From an uncultured Nitrososphaeraceae archaeon (GTDB taxonomy: Archaea; Thermoproteota; Nitrososphaeria; Nitrososphaerales; Nitrososphaeraceae), in assembly GCA_963825865.1 (NCBI GenBank), contig CAWGVG010000003.1, positions 96,001 through 160,000 of the forward strand: a stretch of DNA of 64,000 nt, given 5' to 3'. Position numbers and translations under genes: made by a program. Positions 35,480 to 47,078 of this stretch are shown here, piece by piece. Under the pieces are notes generated by a model, which did no database searches, had not been told where the DNA came from, and saw only the letters and a program-made list of their open reading frames with translations. Every line of letters begins with the position of its first letter. The stretch's first letter is position 1.

Positions 35480-37210
35480 TCATAATTTTTTTGATACAGA
35501 GTAGTCGTGGATTCTTATGGCTTCGGCAACAAGTCTGTTTTGAAGTTCTAGAGCATCTTTCCCTTCTGGATGTTTTGTTTCAGCTATAGCCTCCGCTACA
35601 ATACTAATTATGTGTCTTATCAAGAACTCATCTCCTCTAGCAGATTCTGCGAGATAAGTAGAGTTTGCCTTATTCACGAATACGACGTTTTCATTTGTAA
35701 AGCTGTATCTAGAATCTGATTCATCCTCGTACGGAACAACCTTATAGCCAACTTTCTTCAAAGCAAATGTCTTTCTGACAATGGGTTTTCTAACTCTGCG
35801 GGTTGTTGTTACCACATCATCCCGTTCGGTCTGTTTTTTATCGATCGCTTCTATCATTTCTACTTGTTGTGGATTATTATTACTATTATTTGCGATCTGT
35901 TCAACGCTCTGTTGCGAGAATTCTGTCTTAGTCATTCTTTGTTGTTGTTCGCCATAATCTATCGGTGATAGTTCTAATTTTTCAGTCGTCGGGACCAACG
36001 AATCGACCCCTTCTTCGTAATTTTGGATTTGTTTTGAACTTTTAAGTATTGTATTAGTATCACTATTTCCAGACTCTGATGTAGTTACAATATCAGACAC
36101 ATCTTCCTTTTTTCTAAGATTAGGCGATTCGGTATCTCCTGAGTTAAAGTTTTCTCTCACATCAATCATCTCATAGCCTTCTACTTCCTCTCGAGTCTCA
36201 ACGTTTTCAATAATAGCTTGTCCAAGAACTTTATCAATTTCTTTGTAGATTTTAGATTCTTCCCGGGTAATCAATACATCTTCATAATCTGTTAAGCTTG
36301 GAAGAATTGTGTCTATTATGAATGTCTTCATCAATTGATTGAATTCGTTGTATTCCTCGTCTTCAATTAAAGCAGATTTATCTGCAAATCTGGAGGTTAG
36401 TCTGTCACATCTGATGTATCCGGTTACTCTGTTCAACTTTGTTTCAAAACCAAAGTTGCTACGAGTTACAATATGGTTGCCAACCATGACAGCGATTCCC
36501 TTTTCGTCTTCAGATAATGGTCTCCTTGCTATTACGATTTCGCCTGTTATTCGACCATTATTAATATCAACGGGAATTCGATGACCTTGAATATCAGGTG
36601 CCTTTATCTGCTGTGCACCATTAAAGTCCCATTCTATGACTTCCTCTGCATTTTTAATGTATACTTCGAATATTGGCTGTCTTAAAATTGCTAGTTTACG
36701 AATCTCTTTTGATAATCTGAAGGCGTCAATAACAACTTTGGGACCTCTCATGGTAAATTCAGTCCCATTTCGACGCAGACGGGGTTCGTTAAGTTCTTCT
36801 AATTTAGCGAATCCAGAAAAAAGTTTATCAAGAGTGTTGCCATCAATTACAATAGACATACTAAAGTCGTCACGTTTAGTTCTTATCTTCATATTTTCAA
36901 ATGAAGTTAGGAACGATAACCTTCCGGTTCCGTATCTTCCAGTTCTAATTCTTTTTAATTTTGGCGATATTGAATCCTGTTTTTTATGTGGAGAGCCTAA
37001 AAGTAAGAACTTTTCCATACCCTGACGATCCATTCCAGCATTGTCTTCAATGACAAGTGAACCATCTTTTAGAATACTAACAATAACCTGGGTAGCGTCT
37101 TCGTCAAAAGCATTTTCAATTAATTCCTTGACAATTTCATTTGGAGAAACCCACGTTTTTGTTGCAAACTCTCTAAAAAATGACGGATGTACCTTCAATT
37201 CAGCAGTCAT
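35480..37210 (-). CDS. GHKL (HSP90/MORC-like) ATPase
   Basis: KELIENAFD, EDNAGM, GRYGTG; acidic linker. Confidence 0.8.
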   Translation of the reverse strand: MTAELKVHPSFFREFATKTWVSPNEIVKELIENAFDEDATQVIVSILKDGSLVIEDNAGMDRQGMEKFLLLGSPHKKQDSISPKLKRIRTGRYGTGRLSFLTSFENMKIRTKRDDFSMSIVIDGNTLDKLFSGFAKLEELNEPRLRRNGTEFTMRGPKVVIDAFRLSKEIRKLAILRQPIFEVYIKNAEEVIEWDFNGAQQIKAPDIQGHRIPVDINNGRITGEIVIARRPLSEDEKGIAVMVGNHIVTRSNFGFETKLNRVTGYIRCDRLTSRFADKSALIEDEEYNEFNQLMKTFIIDTILPSLTDYEDVLITREESKIYKEIDKVLGQAIIENVETREEVEGYEMIDVRENFNSGDTESPNLRKKEDVSDIVTTSESGNSDTNTILKSSKQIQNYEEGVDSLVPTTEKLELSPIDYGEQQQRMTKTEFSQQSVEQIANNSNNNPQQVEMIEAIDKKQTERDDVVTTTRRVRKPIVRKTFALKKVGYKVVPYEDESDSRYSFTNENVVFVNKANSTYLAESARGDEFLIRHIISIVAEAIAETKHPEGKDALELQNRLVAEAIRIHDYSVSKKL

Positions 37211-37779
37211 TTCTTACTTGACGAAGCTATCTTCCTACCTTTATTTATTACGCGTCAGATTATTGTTGACAATTTTGTCAGAAGTATGTAAGCCATGCCA
37301 TACAACATGAGAGTAAAGATTCATTTTTATTAATATTATCGTTACTTACATAAATCATAATCAGAGCTGCAAAAGTGCATATGTAGCAAGATTGTCAGAA
37401 TATGTAAGGCAGACATTCAGCAAGATGCAATGACTTGGGTGTTTTTTTGTATGCAAAATCAAGAATCCTTTTGCTAAGAATATCAAAAACAGGTCGACCA
37501 TAATTAAACTCCTCATCCTTATATTCACCCACCTTTTTGATCCTGCAAGAGAATAGGTATCACTGAAAGGCGGAATAGGAATACCATCTAACAGAAATGC
37601 ATAAGATATTCAAAGCTCAAGAGAGCACTAATAATTTGAGGCATCATCAAATAAATCTGATAGAAAAGCTGCCTACCTTTTAAAGAGGGAAAAAACTTAA
37701 ATTTGCAATTCAAAAAATATGCGGTGGGTCAAAAATTCCGACACTTCAATCAAGCTGTAGCGGATATAACGCAAAATTA

Positions 37780-38967
37780 ATGTTAGAGGATGGAAGCATT
37801 TTTATTGGTATCGGGTTTGGACATCCTAACGAAATCGTAGGCGAAGTAGTTTTTAATACAGGCATGGTAGGATATACTGAAACGCTCACCGATCCTTCTT
37901 ATTTCGGTCAGATATTATGTATGACTTATCCATTAGTTGGAAATTACGGAGTCCCAAGTAAGGAAACTAAAGACGAATATGGTTTGCCGAAGTATTTCGA
38001 ATCTGACAAAATACAGGTCAAAGGTTTATTAATTCATAATCTATCAAGTGTAGCCAGCCATTGGAGTTGTATTAAAACACTAGATCAGTGGTTAAATGAG
38101 GAGAAAATACCAGGAATTTATGGCATAGATACAAGGGAACTTACAAAGAAGCTGAGGATTAAAGGGGTCATGATGGGCGTAATGTCAGTTTCAGAATCAT
38201 CCATAGACGAATTAAGACTACCAAAATTGATAAAAAGTGATAAGTATGAAGGTCAAAACTTTCTTTCACAAGTTTCGATAAATAATCCTGAAGAATATGG
38301 CGATAGAAACAGGGATTGCATTGTCTTGTTAGATACTGGCACAAAGTATAGCATCATCCGTAATATTCTCAGGATAGGTTATAAAGTCATCCGCCTTCCT
38401 TGGAATACACCTTATGAAAAAATAATATCATATAAACCGAAAGGTGTTGTGATTAGCAACGGTCCAGGTGATCCCAAGGTTTGCCAGACTCCCATCAAGA
38501 CTGCTACCAATTTAATCCAGAGATCTATACCTACTTTGGGTATTTGTCTAGGAAACCAGATTCTTGCGTTAGCAGCAGGAGCAGACACCTATAAATTAAA
38601 GTTCGGACATCGTGGTCAGAATAAACCATGTATAGATATGCAAAATAAACAAGCGTATATTACAAGTCAGAATCATGGGTATGGAATTGATCCCAAAAGT
38701 CTAGACAAGACAGATTTTGAAATATGGTTTTCAAATGCCGATGATAACACAATAGAGGGAATTGCACATAAATCAAAACCAATTATCGCAGTACAATTTC
38801 ATCCAGAAGCATCCCCAGGCCCTTATGACTGCATTTTTGTTTTCGATAGATTCAAGGAATTAATCAACAACAGTAATAAAGTCGCAAAGGTAAAAAGATC
38901 TTCTGTTACTAATACTGCCACCAGAAATATTAAAATAGAAAAGAGGAGGAAAATTGCCAAAATATGA
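37780..38967 (+). CDS. carA: carbamoyl-phosphate synthase small subunit
   Basis: GEVVFNTGMVGY, TDPSY, SNGPGDP, GICLG, QFHPEA. Confidence 0.97.
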   Translation: MLEDGSIFIGIGFGHPNEIVGEVVFNTGMVGYTETLTDPSYFGQILCMTYPLVGNYGVPSKETKDEYGLPKYFESDKIQVKGLLIHNLSSVASHWSCIKTLDQWLNEEKIPGIYGIDTRELTKKLRIKGVMMGVMSVSESSIDELRLPKLIKSDKYEGQNFLSQVSINNPEEYGDRNRDCIVLLDTGTKYSIIRNILRIGYKVIRLPWNTPYEKIISYKPKGVVISNGPGDPKVCQTPIKTATNLIQRSIPTLGICLGNQILALAAGADTYKLKFGHRGQNKPCIDMQNKQAYITSQNHGYGIDPKSLDKTDFEIWFSNADDNTIEGIAHKSKPIIAVQFHPEASPGPYDCIFVFDRFKELINNSNKVAKVKRSSVTNTATRNIKIEKRRKIAKI

Positions 38968-41900
38968 AACAGTAAAAAAGGTTCTTGTTCTGGGAAGCGG
39001 GGCAATTAAAATCGGAGAAGCCGGCGAAAGCCAGTTAAGCTGGCCGCTAATTTGACTACTCTGGTTCGCAATGCCTAAAAGCGCTTACCGAAGATGGAGT
39101 CAAGAGTGTTTTGATAAATCCAAATATTGCAACCATTCAGACAGATACGAGGTTTGCAGATAAGGTATATCTGCTGCCTATTAACACTGGCTATGTTGAA
39201 AAAGTGATTGAAGCCGAAAGACCAGATTCAATCATGTTAAGCTTTGGCGGGCAAACTGCCCTAAACACCGGTGTGGCCTTACACAAAGAGGGAATATTGA
39301 AAAAATATGGGATCAAAGTTTTAGGCACGCAAATAAAAGGAATTGAGATTACTGAAGATAGACAGCTCTTTAAAGAAGCCATGATAAAGAGCAATGTATC
39401 TGTATTACAGAGTGTCGCTGTATACACATTATCGGAGGCTTTAAAGATCGCCAAAGAGATTGGTTATCCTGTCATTATTCGAGTAGCTTATACTCTTGGA
39501 GGAAGAGGAGGGGGTGTTGCCTACAACGAATATGAATTACAAGAAATTGTTCAGCGTGGCCTTTCCCTTAGCATGGTTCATCAAGTGTTGATTGAAAAAT
39601 ATGTTGGCCACTGGAAACAAATTGAATACGAAGTAATGCGCGATAATAAAGGAAACGGTGTCATTGTTTGCAACATGGAAAATATTCTTTCAATGCGCGT
39701 CCATACTGGCGATAACATAGTTGTTGCTCCATCCCAGACATTGAATAACTTTGAATATCATATGTTACGTTCAGCAGCTCTGCGTGCTACTGGCTACTGC
39801 AAAATTATTGGCGAATGCAACGTTCAATTCGGATTAGAAGCAACATCTGAAAAATATTGCGCTATTGAAATTAATGCCAGACTTTCGAGATCATCGGCTC
39901 TTGCCAGCAAGGCTACTGGATATCCACTTGCCTATATGGCTGCAAAGATTGGACTTGGATATTCGCTTCCAGAGCTAATTAATAGAATCACAAAAGCTAC
40001 AAGTGCATATTTTGAACCGTCATTGGATTACATTGTTGTAAAGATGCCAAGATTTGACTTTCGAAAATTCGAACTTGTAAAACGCAAGTTAGGTAGTGCT
40101 ATGAAATCTGTGGGCGAAGTAATGGCCATAGGCAGAAACTTTGAGGAAGTTGTTCAGAAGGCAATTAGAATGTGTGAAATTGGCAGAGATGGTCTGGTGG
40201 CTAATAGTGATAATATGACAGCGCAGTCGGAAGACATGGAACCTATAGAGCACGCGTTGCTACACCCGAACGATGAAATAATATTTTCTGTAGTCAAAGC
40301 GATAGGAGCTGGAATGACTGTCGAAAGAATAAGCCAACTATCTGCAATTGATCCATGGTTCTTGATAAGAATCAAGAGCATCGTCGACATGGAAGACAAA
40401 CTGCGGAAATCTAATTTTGATGAGGATGTGTTTAGAGAAGCTAAGAAAATTGGTTTTTCTGACAAACAGATCGGAAGGTGTTTAGGTCTTGATGAAGCTT
40501 AAAACAAGGAGTCTAAGACAACGATTTGGAATTAAACCTGTAATAAAACAGATCGATACATTGGCTGCTGAATGGCCTGCAAAAACAAACTATTTGTACT
40601 TGACATATGGTGGTCAGACTGACGATATTGTAGTTGAAAGTAAGAAAAAGAATGTGATAGGACTTGGTGCAGGTCCGTATAGGATCGGTAGCAGTGTAGA
40701 GTTTGACTGGGGAACTGTTAATATGGTATGGGGTCTGCGAGAAAATGGCATCGAAGAAGTTTCTATAATCAACTGCAATCCTGAGACAGTGCTCTACAGA
40801 TTATGATATCCCTGATAGGTTGTATTTTGAAGAATTGACTTTTGAAAGGGTAATGGACATTTATGAAAAAGAGAAGCCTACAGGAATTGTAACTTGTGTA
40901 GGCGGACAGACTGCAAATAACTTGGCTCCAAACCTATCCAAAGCTGGAGTTAATGTTATTGGAACAAGCAGTAATGATGTCGATAGAGCAGAAGACCGAG
41001 CAAAATTTGGACAATTATTAGATTCACTAGGTATCAAGCAACCTGCTTGGAAAAAATTTACTGATTTATCAGAAGCTAAAGAGTTTGCAGATAGAGTAAA
41101 ATACCCTGTTCTGGTCAGGCCTTCTTATGTTCTAAGTGGTGCTGGCAATGAAGGTTGTTTGGGGCGATCAACAATTAGAACAGTTTTTGACTGAGGCAAC
41201 AAATGTTAATCCTGATCACCCTGTGGTCATAAGTAAGTTCTTGCAGGAAGCTGCCGAGGTTGAAGTGGACGCTGTAGCTGCTGGAAATGAAATTATAATT
41301 GGCTCTCTTATCGAACATATTGATAACGCTGGTATTCATTCTGGTGATGCTATAATGTGTATTCCCCCATGGAGACTTGATAGAAAAACTATTGAAACAA
41401 TTACAGATTATTCGATAAGAATAGGAAAAGCCCTTAACATAAAAGGACCATTTAACATACAATACCTTGTAAAGGACGATGAAGTATCAGTAATTGAGGC
41501 CAATGTTAGGGCATCGAGGTCTATGCCTTTTGTTTCGAAATTTGTTGGGATAAATTTGATAAATCTTGCTGCGAGAGCTATGACAGGTAATTCGCTGCCG
41601 GAAAGTGCAAAAGATTTATGGCTAAAGAGTACAGGATTTGGAATCAAAGTTCCCCAGTTCTCATTTATGCAACTTGAAGGAGCAGACATTGTTCTCAGCG
41701 TAGAAATGCAATCAACTGGTGAGGTAGCATGTTTTGGAAACAGCTTTTATGATGCACTGTCTAAAGCATATATGGCTGCAGGATACTCGCTTCCAATGTC
41801 AGGCGCTGCAATAATTACAGTTGGGGGACAAAAAAATAAAGAGAGAGTGTTGCCATTGGTTTCTCTGATTTGTTCTTTGGGATATAAAATTATGGCAACA

Positions 41901-42227
41901 GAACATACAGCAGAGTTTATTGAGAATCAAGAATTCAAGAATATTCAGCATGTCTATAAGATTAGTGAACCAGATCGCAAACCGAATATTTCAGATTTGT
42001 TGTTCGAACGCAAAATTGATTTTATTGTCAATATCCCATCTACCTCTACAATTGAAAAATATGTCGGAATGTTGTATGATGAATACCAAATCAGGAGAAA
42101 AGCAGTAGAAATGGGTATTCCAGTCCTGACTACGATGGAATCAGCCTCTTCGTTTATAAAAACTTTGGAGTGGCTAAAAACAAATACTCCGACAATAAAC
42201 TCTCTCAGAACTTATGTCAATTTATAA
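38954..42227 (+). CDS. carB: carbamoyl-phosphate synthase large subunit, with a 22-nt insertion and three single-base frameshifts
   Basis: GSGAIKIGEAGE/FDYSGSQ, NPNIATIQTD, HTGD, EINARLSRSSALASKATGYP, NCNPETV, RPSYVLSG, HSGD. Confidence 0.96.
39029..39050 (+). other. candidate archaeal BHB/BHL-type mRNA intron in carB
   Basis: 22-nt insertion between GAA and TTT; hairpin GCCAG/CTGGC, bulge AAA, helix GGCG/CGCT; predicted cuts restore the frame exactly. Confidence 0.8.
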
Positions 42228-42283
42228 AATATACTAAAGTAACCATGATAGTACTTCCCAATGGCAATATAGAGTAGAGTTTT

Positions 42284-43060
42284 TCAAATAATATTCTGCA
42301 ACATGGCGGTATCTCCAACTATTGACCCAAGAAGTGTTATAATCAAACCTTGCTGAATTGCATTATCCTTTAACGCCCTATTTATTAAGGGAGATATCGA
42401 TTTCCTACAATAATCTCGTTTATTGATTCTATATAGAAACTTGTTAAAAGTTGGAACAACCAAGATGTCTAACATTCCTTCGATATGTGGAAAAATCGCT
42501 TCTTTTTTAACTTTAAGGTACATCCAAACACGTTGTCCGTTGATTACACTGCTATCTTTCATAAAAATTGGATGAATATGGCCCATTACAATCCTTCTTA
42601 TAGATGTTCTAGTGTTGGAAGGCATAGTATGGCCATGGATCAGCAAGGTGTCATCTAAAACCATTCCTTGGTTACTAATCATATTGATATTTAGAGGTGC
42701 TAGGAACCTAATATTACTATCATGATTACCTGGAATCAAGTAAACATTGGTATATTCAGAAAGTGATTTAAAAAACTGAGGAATTATGTCCCATTCATTC
42801 TTGCTTATAGGACCAATATGGCTCTTTATATCGCCAAGTAATATTATACCGTCAATTTTATGAACTTTGATAAGATCAAATAATTCATCGAGCATTTCAT
42901 GAAGCAAGAGAGTAGAGTCAATTATAATCCCTTTTGCATCAAGTTCAGACTCAAAACCGAGATGCAAATCGGATATTGCTATATACCTATGTTGTTTTCT
43001 ATCCCACACACCATCCAGTAATAACGCAGGATGCGGATATAAGGGATAGATTTTGACCAC
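42284..43060 (-). CDS. calcineurin-like metallophosphoesterase
   Basis: SDLHLG, LGD, GNHD, HGH, GHIHP. Confidence 0.9.
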   Translation of the reverse strand: MVKIYPLYPHPALLLDGVWDRKQHRYIAISDLHLGFESELDAKGIIIDSTLLLHEMLDELFDLIKVHKIDGIILLGDIKSHIGPISKNEWDIIPQFFKSLSEYTNVYLIPGNHDSNIRFLAPLNINMISNQGMVLDDTLLIHGHTMPSNTRTSIRRIVMGHIHPIFMKDSSVINGQRVWMYLKVKKEAIFPHIEGMLDILVVPTFNKFLYRINKRDYCRKSISPLINRALKDNAIQQGLIITLLGSIVGDTAMLQNII

Positions 43061-43213
43061 AATAAAATTAATTTGTATTACAATTATTAAACCTCTTCTT
43101 TACAAATCGCTTGGATATTGAGTTGTACCACAGGAATTTCTATAGTAGAATAAGAACAGGAAACACTTTTTTGATTAATTCTATTTAAATATATAGATTT
43201 AAATTGTTTATTT

Positions 43214-43540
43214 ATGAAAACAGCTGCGTCTGAGCGAGTAGATAACACAGTAAACTCAGGCGGAGTAAAACTTCACATTTTTCAACCAAGTGGCAGAAAG
43301 CTTTGGACAGTAGTAGGAAAAGACAATGAACAATGGGCTGATTTAGATCTAGAATTTTGCTCTTGCAAAAATTACTACTATAAAACACTTTCAAATGCAG
43401 AATTATGTTACCATCTTAAAAGCGTTCAGAAAGCAGTGGAACAGAATAAATTTGTAGCCATCAAATTTGATGACTCAGAATACATTCAATTTATAAAGGC
43501 ATTATTGAGAGATAATGTAAATAAATTATTAAATGGTTGA
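43214..43540 (+). CDS. SWIM zinc-finger protein
   Basis: FCSC...CYH motif. Confidence 0.8.
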   Translation: MKTAASERVDNTVNSGGVKLHIFQPSGRKLWTVVGKDNEQWADLDLEFCSCKNYYYKTLSNAELCYHLKSVQKAVEQNKFVAIKFDDSEYIQFIKALLRDNVNKLLNG

Positions 43541-44032
43541 GACATCTCCTGTTGTTTTTTCTTCTGTCTTGGTTTCCCCTCCCTTTCGACCTATTGCACT
43601 ATAGAATTCTGGTCCACGCTCCTGTTTCACAATCTCTCCTCCTCGCTTTCCGATTTCGCTATAGAATTTGCTGCCATATTTTTCCTTCACAATACCACCA
43701 CCTTTTTCTCCAATTTCACGATAAAAATCAATACCATACTTTTCTTTTACCGATTCTCCGCCTTTTTCGCCTATTGAATGATAAAAATCAATACCATATT
43801 CTGCTTTAACTGCTTCCCCGCCTTTTTTTCCAGCAACGCGAAGACTTTCTATGTCTTGTGCCCTTGCTTCACCTCCCGCCTTTGCTACTCTTGATTTAGT
43901 TTCAGGGTCTGCAGCTGCGAGACCTCTTATATTGTGGGGCGAAACTCCTCCCTTCTTTGCCACTCTAAGCCTTGTTTCATCGCTTGCTGATGCCAATCCT
44001 CTTTTTGCATGGCTTGTATCCTCAGTTTCCAT
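43529..44032 (-). CDS. KGG-repeat general stress protein (GsiB/Em-like)
   Basis: Four 20-aa FY..IG.KGG repeats. Confidence 0.85.
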   Translation of the reverse strand: METEDTSHAKRGLASASDETRLRVAKKGGVSPHNIRGLAAADPETKSRVAKAGGEARAQDIESLRVAGKKGGEAVKAEYGIDFYHSIGEKGGESVKEKYGIDFYREIGEKGGGIVKEKYGSKFYSEIGKRGGEIVKQERGPEFYSAIGRKGGETKTEEKTTGDVSTI

Positions 44033-44172
44033 ACAAATGAATTACTTGTATCAGATAAAAGGATTGGTTTTGATTCCTAAATTATATGCAATTTCTCTAG
44101 CAACAAAAAAATTCTACAAGTAGGTTAACTGGTTAGTTCAAAAAAATGAAAAATATAAATTTATGTTAGCAT

Positions 44173-44430
44173 TTAATATATTTCAACAGGAGCAACTAAC
44201 TCGTCAATTTGGTGGTATATTCCCAATAAACGTGTCCCCTTCTTAGTTGTTCTATAAGATTGCTTTCCTATTTCATATTCTAACAAATCATTTTCCATCA
44301 AAAGTGTCAGATATTCTTTCAATTGATCAAAAGAAAGAAATGCATTATACATTATTTTGGCGTTGCTAGCTCCACCATTCGCAGCTTCTAAAATCATTCC
44401 AACTATTTCAGTTCTGCTTCTGTTATTCAT
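44173..44430 (-). CDS. winged-helix transcriptional regulator
   Basis: RSRTEIVGMILE..KIMYNAFLSFDQLKEYL..YRTTKKG. Confidence 0.85.
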   Translation of the reverse strand: MNNRSRTEIVGMILEAANGGASNAKIMYNAFLSFDQLKEYLTLLMENDLLEYEIGKQSYRTTKKGTRLLGIYHQIDELVAPVEIY

Positions 44431-44953
44431 CGAAAGGTATGGTGAATACTAAGTATTTATAAAAGGCTATTCTCTGTACTAAAATTTATGTCAGCTTCTT
44501 TTAGATAAAACTATGTACGTGTTTTATTAATTATAATTATCTCTTAATAGAAGTGGCTGTTCTACTAAAACTAATCTATCCTTTATTGATATATTCAAAT
44601 TATGAATGTATAATTCCGGGTTATGTTATCTAAACTACCGTCTGAACTTTAGTTCCTTCTTTTAGCCTGCCCGTTGAATTTTCCTGCGATATTGTTATTT
44701 ACATTGAATGTTTTGATCCCATAGTTGGCTACGTGTGCAACTTCTGACCACATTGTAAGCAAGCTGGTTTTGCTTGCAAAAATTTATCTGATAAATATGG
44801 TCAAAAATTATTTTATCAGAGACCATGAAAAAGAACTACATGCTAAAATAGATGCACATAGAGACAGAACATTGCATCAATATAAATAAGAATGAAAGAG
44901 AGAACAGCAAAACCAGATATAGGAATTTAATAGGGTTTTTTATAATTGATTGA

Positions 44954-45913
44954 TTACTTATAGAGCCAGCAGCGAGTATAACCTGTTTCATTTTTTATTT
45001 CGGGAGGATCCTGTTTACAAATTTCCATCGCATAAGGACATCGTGAATAAAACCGACATCCAGACGGTAAATTCAACATATTTGGCGGATCGCCTTTGAT
45101 AAAATGCATTTGTTTATTATTAGAATGTAACTTTGGAACAGCAGATATTAACTCTTGAGTATATGGGTGCTTTGGATTTTTATATATTTCAGCCGCGCTA
45201 CCGAATTCTACCAATTGACCAGCATACATTATTCCAATTTTGTCGGCAATCTTTGAAATGATAGCCAGATCATGTGTTATCAGAATTATTGTCATTCCTT
45301 TCTCCTTTTTCAAACTCTTGAGTAGATTAATTATTTGTGCCTGGACAAGTACGTCTAATGCAGTAGTTGGTTCATCTGCTATCACTATGTCTGGTTTCAG
45401 CAATAAAGCCATTGCTATAACTACACGCTGTTTCATTCCACCACTCAACTCGTGAGGATATCTCTTTGCTATAGATTGATCAAGCCCGACCTGTTTTAGA
45501 GATTCTGAAATTATTCCTTCAATATTATCTTTGAAATTGTGTTGTTCCATGATTTCTGCCATTTGGTCTCCTATTGTGTAAACGGGATCAAGTGTATTCA
45601 TTGCCCCTTGAAATACCATAGCAATTTTTTTCCACCGAATTTTTTTGTTAAAATCAGAATATGGAAGTTTTACAATATCAATACCATTTAGGATAATACT
45701 GCCTTCTACTATCTTGCCTGGCGGCTGCATTGTTCGTAAAATGGCGTTTCCTAGACTAGTCTTTCCACAAGCTGACTCACCAGCTATACCAAGTGACTCG
45801 TTCTCGTTTATTGCAAAGCTAATTCCATCTATTGCCTTTACAACGCCATTATTTGTAAAATAATATGCTTTAAGATCCAAGACTGCAAGTTTAGTCTTTG
45901 CTGATGAAGTCAT
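44954..45913 (-). CDS. oligopeptide/dipeptide ABC transporter ATP-binding subunit (DppD/OppD-like)
   Basis: GESACGKT, YPHELSGGMKQR, ADEPTTALD, HPYT, GCRF..RC. Confidence 0.92.
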   Translation of the reverse strand: MTSSAKTKLAVLDLKAYYFTNNGVVKAIDGISFAINENESLGIAGESACGKTSLGNAILRTMQPPGKIVEGSIILNGIDIVKLPYSDFNKKIRWKKIAMVFQGAMNTLDPVYTIGDQMAEIMEQHNFKDNIEGIISESLKQVGLDQSIAKRYPHELSGGMKQRVVIAMALLLKPDIVIADEPTTALDVLVQAQIINLLKSLKKEKGMTIILITHDLAIISKIADKIGIMYAGQLVEFGSAAEIYKNPKHPYTQELISAVPKLHSNNKQMHFIKGDPPNMLNLPSGCRFYSRCPYAMEICKQDPPEIKNETGYTRCWLYK

Positions 45914-46403
45914 TTATACCAATAATTTGTTATTTGGATATAAATATATTCATAATACAGACTTACGGTATATTATCAACATAAACTAGTGTAAATATGC
46001 GTTTATCTTTATCATTGCAATGGTTATGATGTATTCTACTGCTACAGAATGTTGGTTTGACTTAAACCATGAAAAAACGTTTTGCAAGTTCAGGTGTCAT
46101 CATCATTTTTAAAACGCCCAAGATTTATAGACAATTCTTGTAAAGTATATACTTTCACTTTCATAAAATAATAATAATAATAATAATCATTATTTGCAGT
46201 ATACTATAAAAAGCATAAAAAAGATAAAAGCCTAATACAGATATGCAACTACACTCTTTGGGAGTTGGTGGCGATAACCTTGTATGGCATGCGAGAGTGG
46301 ACCATGGAAATTATATATATATACTATTGTTGACAGTACAGTTATAGTCTTTTACTATAAAGGATTATAGTAACTGCATTACATTACAAATAGTATTATA
46401 GAT

Positions 46404-47078
46404 ATGAAGTGGTCTCATGAAGGGAATATAGGAAGATTGAGCTCTGCCAGAGCTAAAGAGATGGCTGTTGTTTTGGCTAGAACTATATTGGCTCTACTTA
46501 AAGTAGGAGCTATACAAGGAAGAAACCTGCTGAGAAAGATTATCACTATTCTCTCTAAAAAAGGAAAGGTTGTTGGAAAACAAAAAGGTGAAGAAATTGG
46601 ATACCATTTAAAAAGATTAATAACATTTTTATCTATAAAGGCAAATACCACTGGAAAACAAATGGCTATTCAGTCAGCACAATTACTAAAACATCTAGCA
46701 ATTATTTTGGCTAGGAAGACTAATGAAGCTGCACACCAAACTATTCAAATAGTAATTGCATATAATATACCAGAGAAAACAAAAAGCTACCTTACCAGAG
46801 AGCCTGAAATAATGGTGCCGACGACAACTACTTTATCAAATCCTCCCGATCCTGAGACTACAATTAGAAGAATTACTTTGAATGATAAACTAGCAGAAGA
46901 AATAAGAGAGGAAATTGGAATTGACTGTCAGGCTATGGATGTTAATTCTCTTCCAGTGGAACATAAACCATACTATAGCTACATTTTTCCAATGAGCTCA
47001 AGAATTGTTACAAACAGAGGTTGTATAAGAGTTAAAAGTAAGAGTTTTGACCTTATACAGATAATTCAGAGAAATTAG
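46404..47078 (+). CDS. hypothetical protein
   Basis: Intact 224-aa ORF with amphipathic helical repeats. Confidence 0.55.
   Translation: MKWSHEGNIGRLSSARAKEMAVVLARTILALLKVGAIQGRNLLRKIITILSKKGKVVGKQKGEEIGYHLKRLITFLSIKANTTGKQMAIQSAQLLKHLAIILARKTNEAAHQTIQIVIAYNIPEKTKSYLTREPEIMVPTTTTLSNPPDPETTIRRITLNDKLAEEIREEIGIDCQAMDVNSLPVEHKPYYSYIFPMSSRIVTNRGCIRVKSKSFDLIQIIQRN

Noticed and set aside
40490-41150. Further introns at the other carB frame breaks
   Set aside because: Single-base indels with no extra sequence or BHB fold
43580-43850. 60-bp tandem DNA repeats
   Set aside because: Explained by the coding KGG repeats
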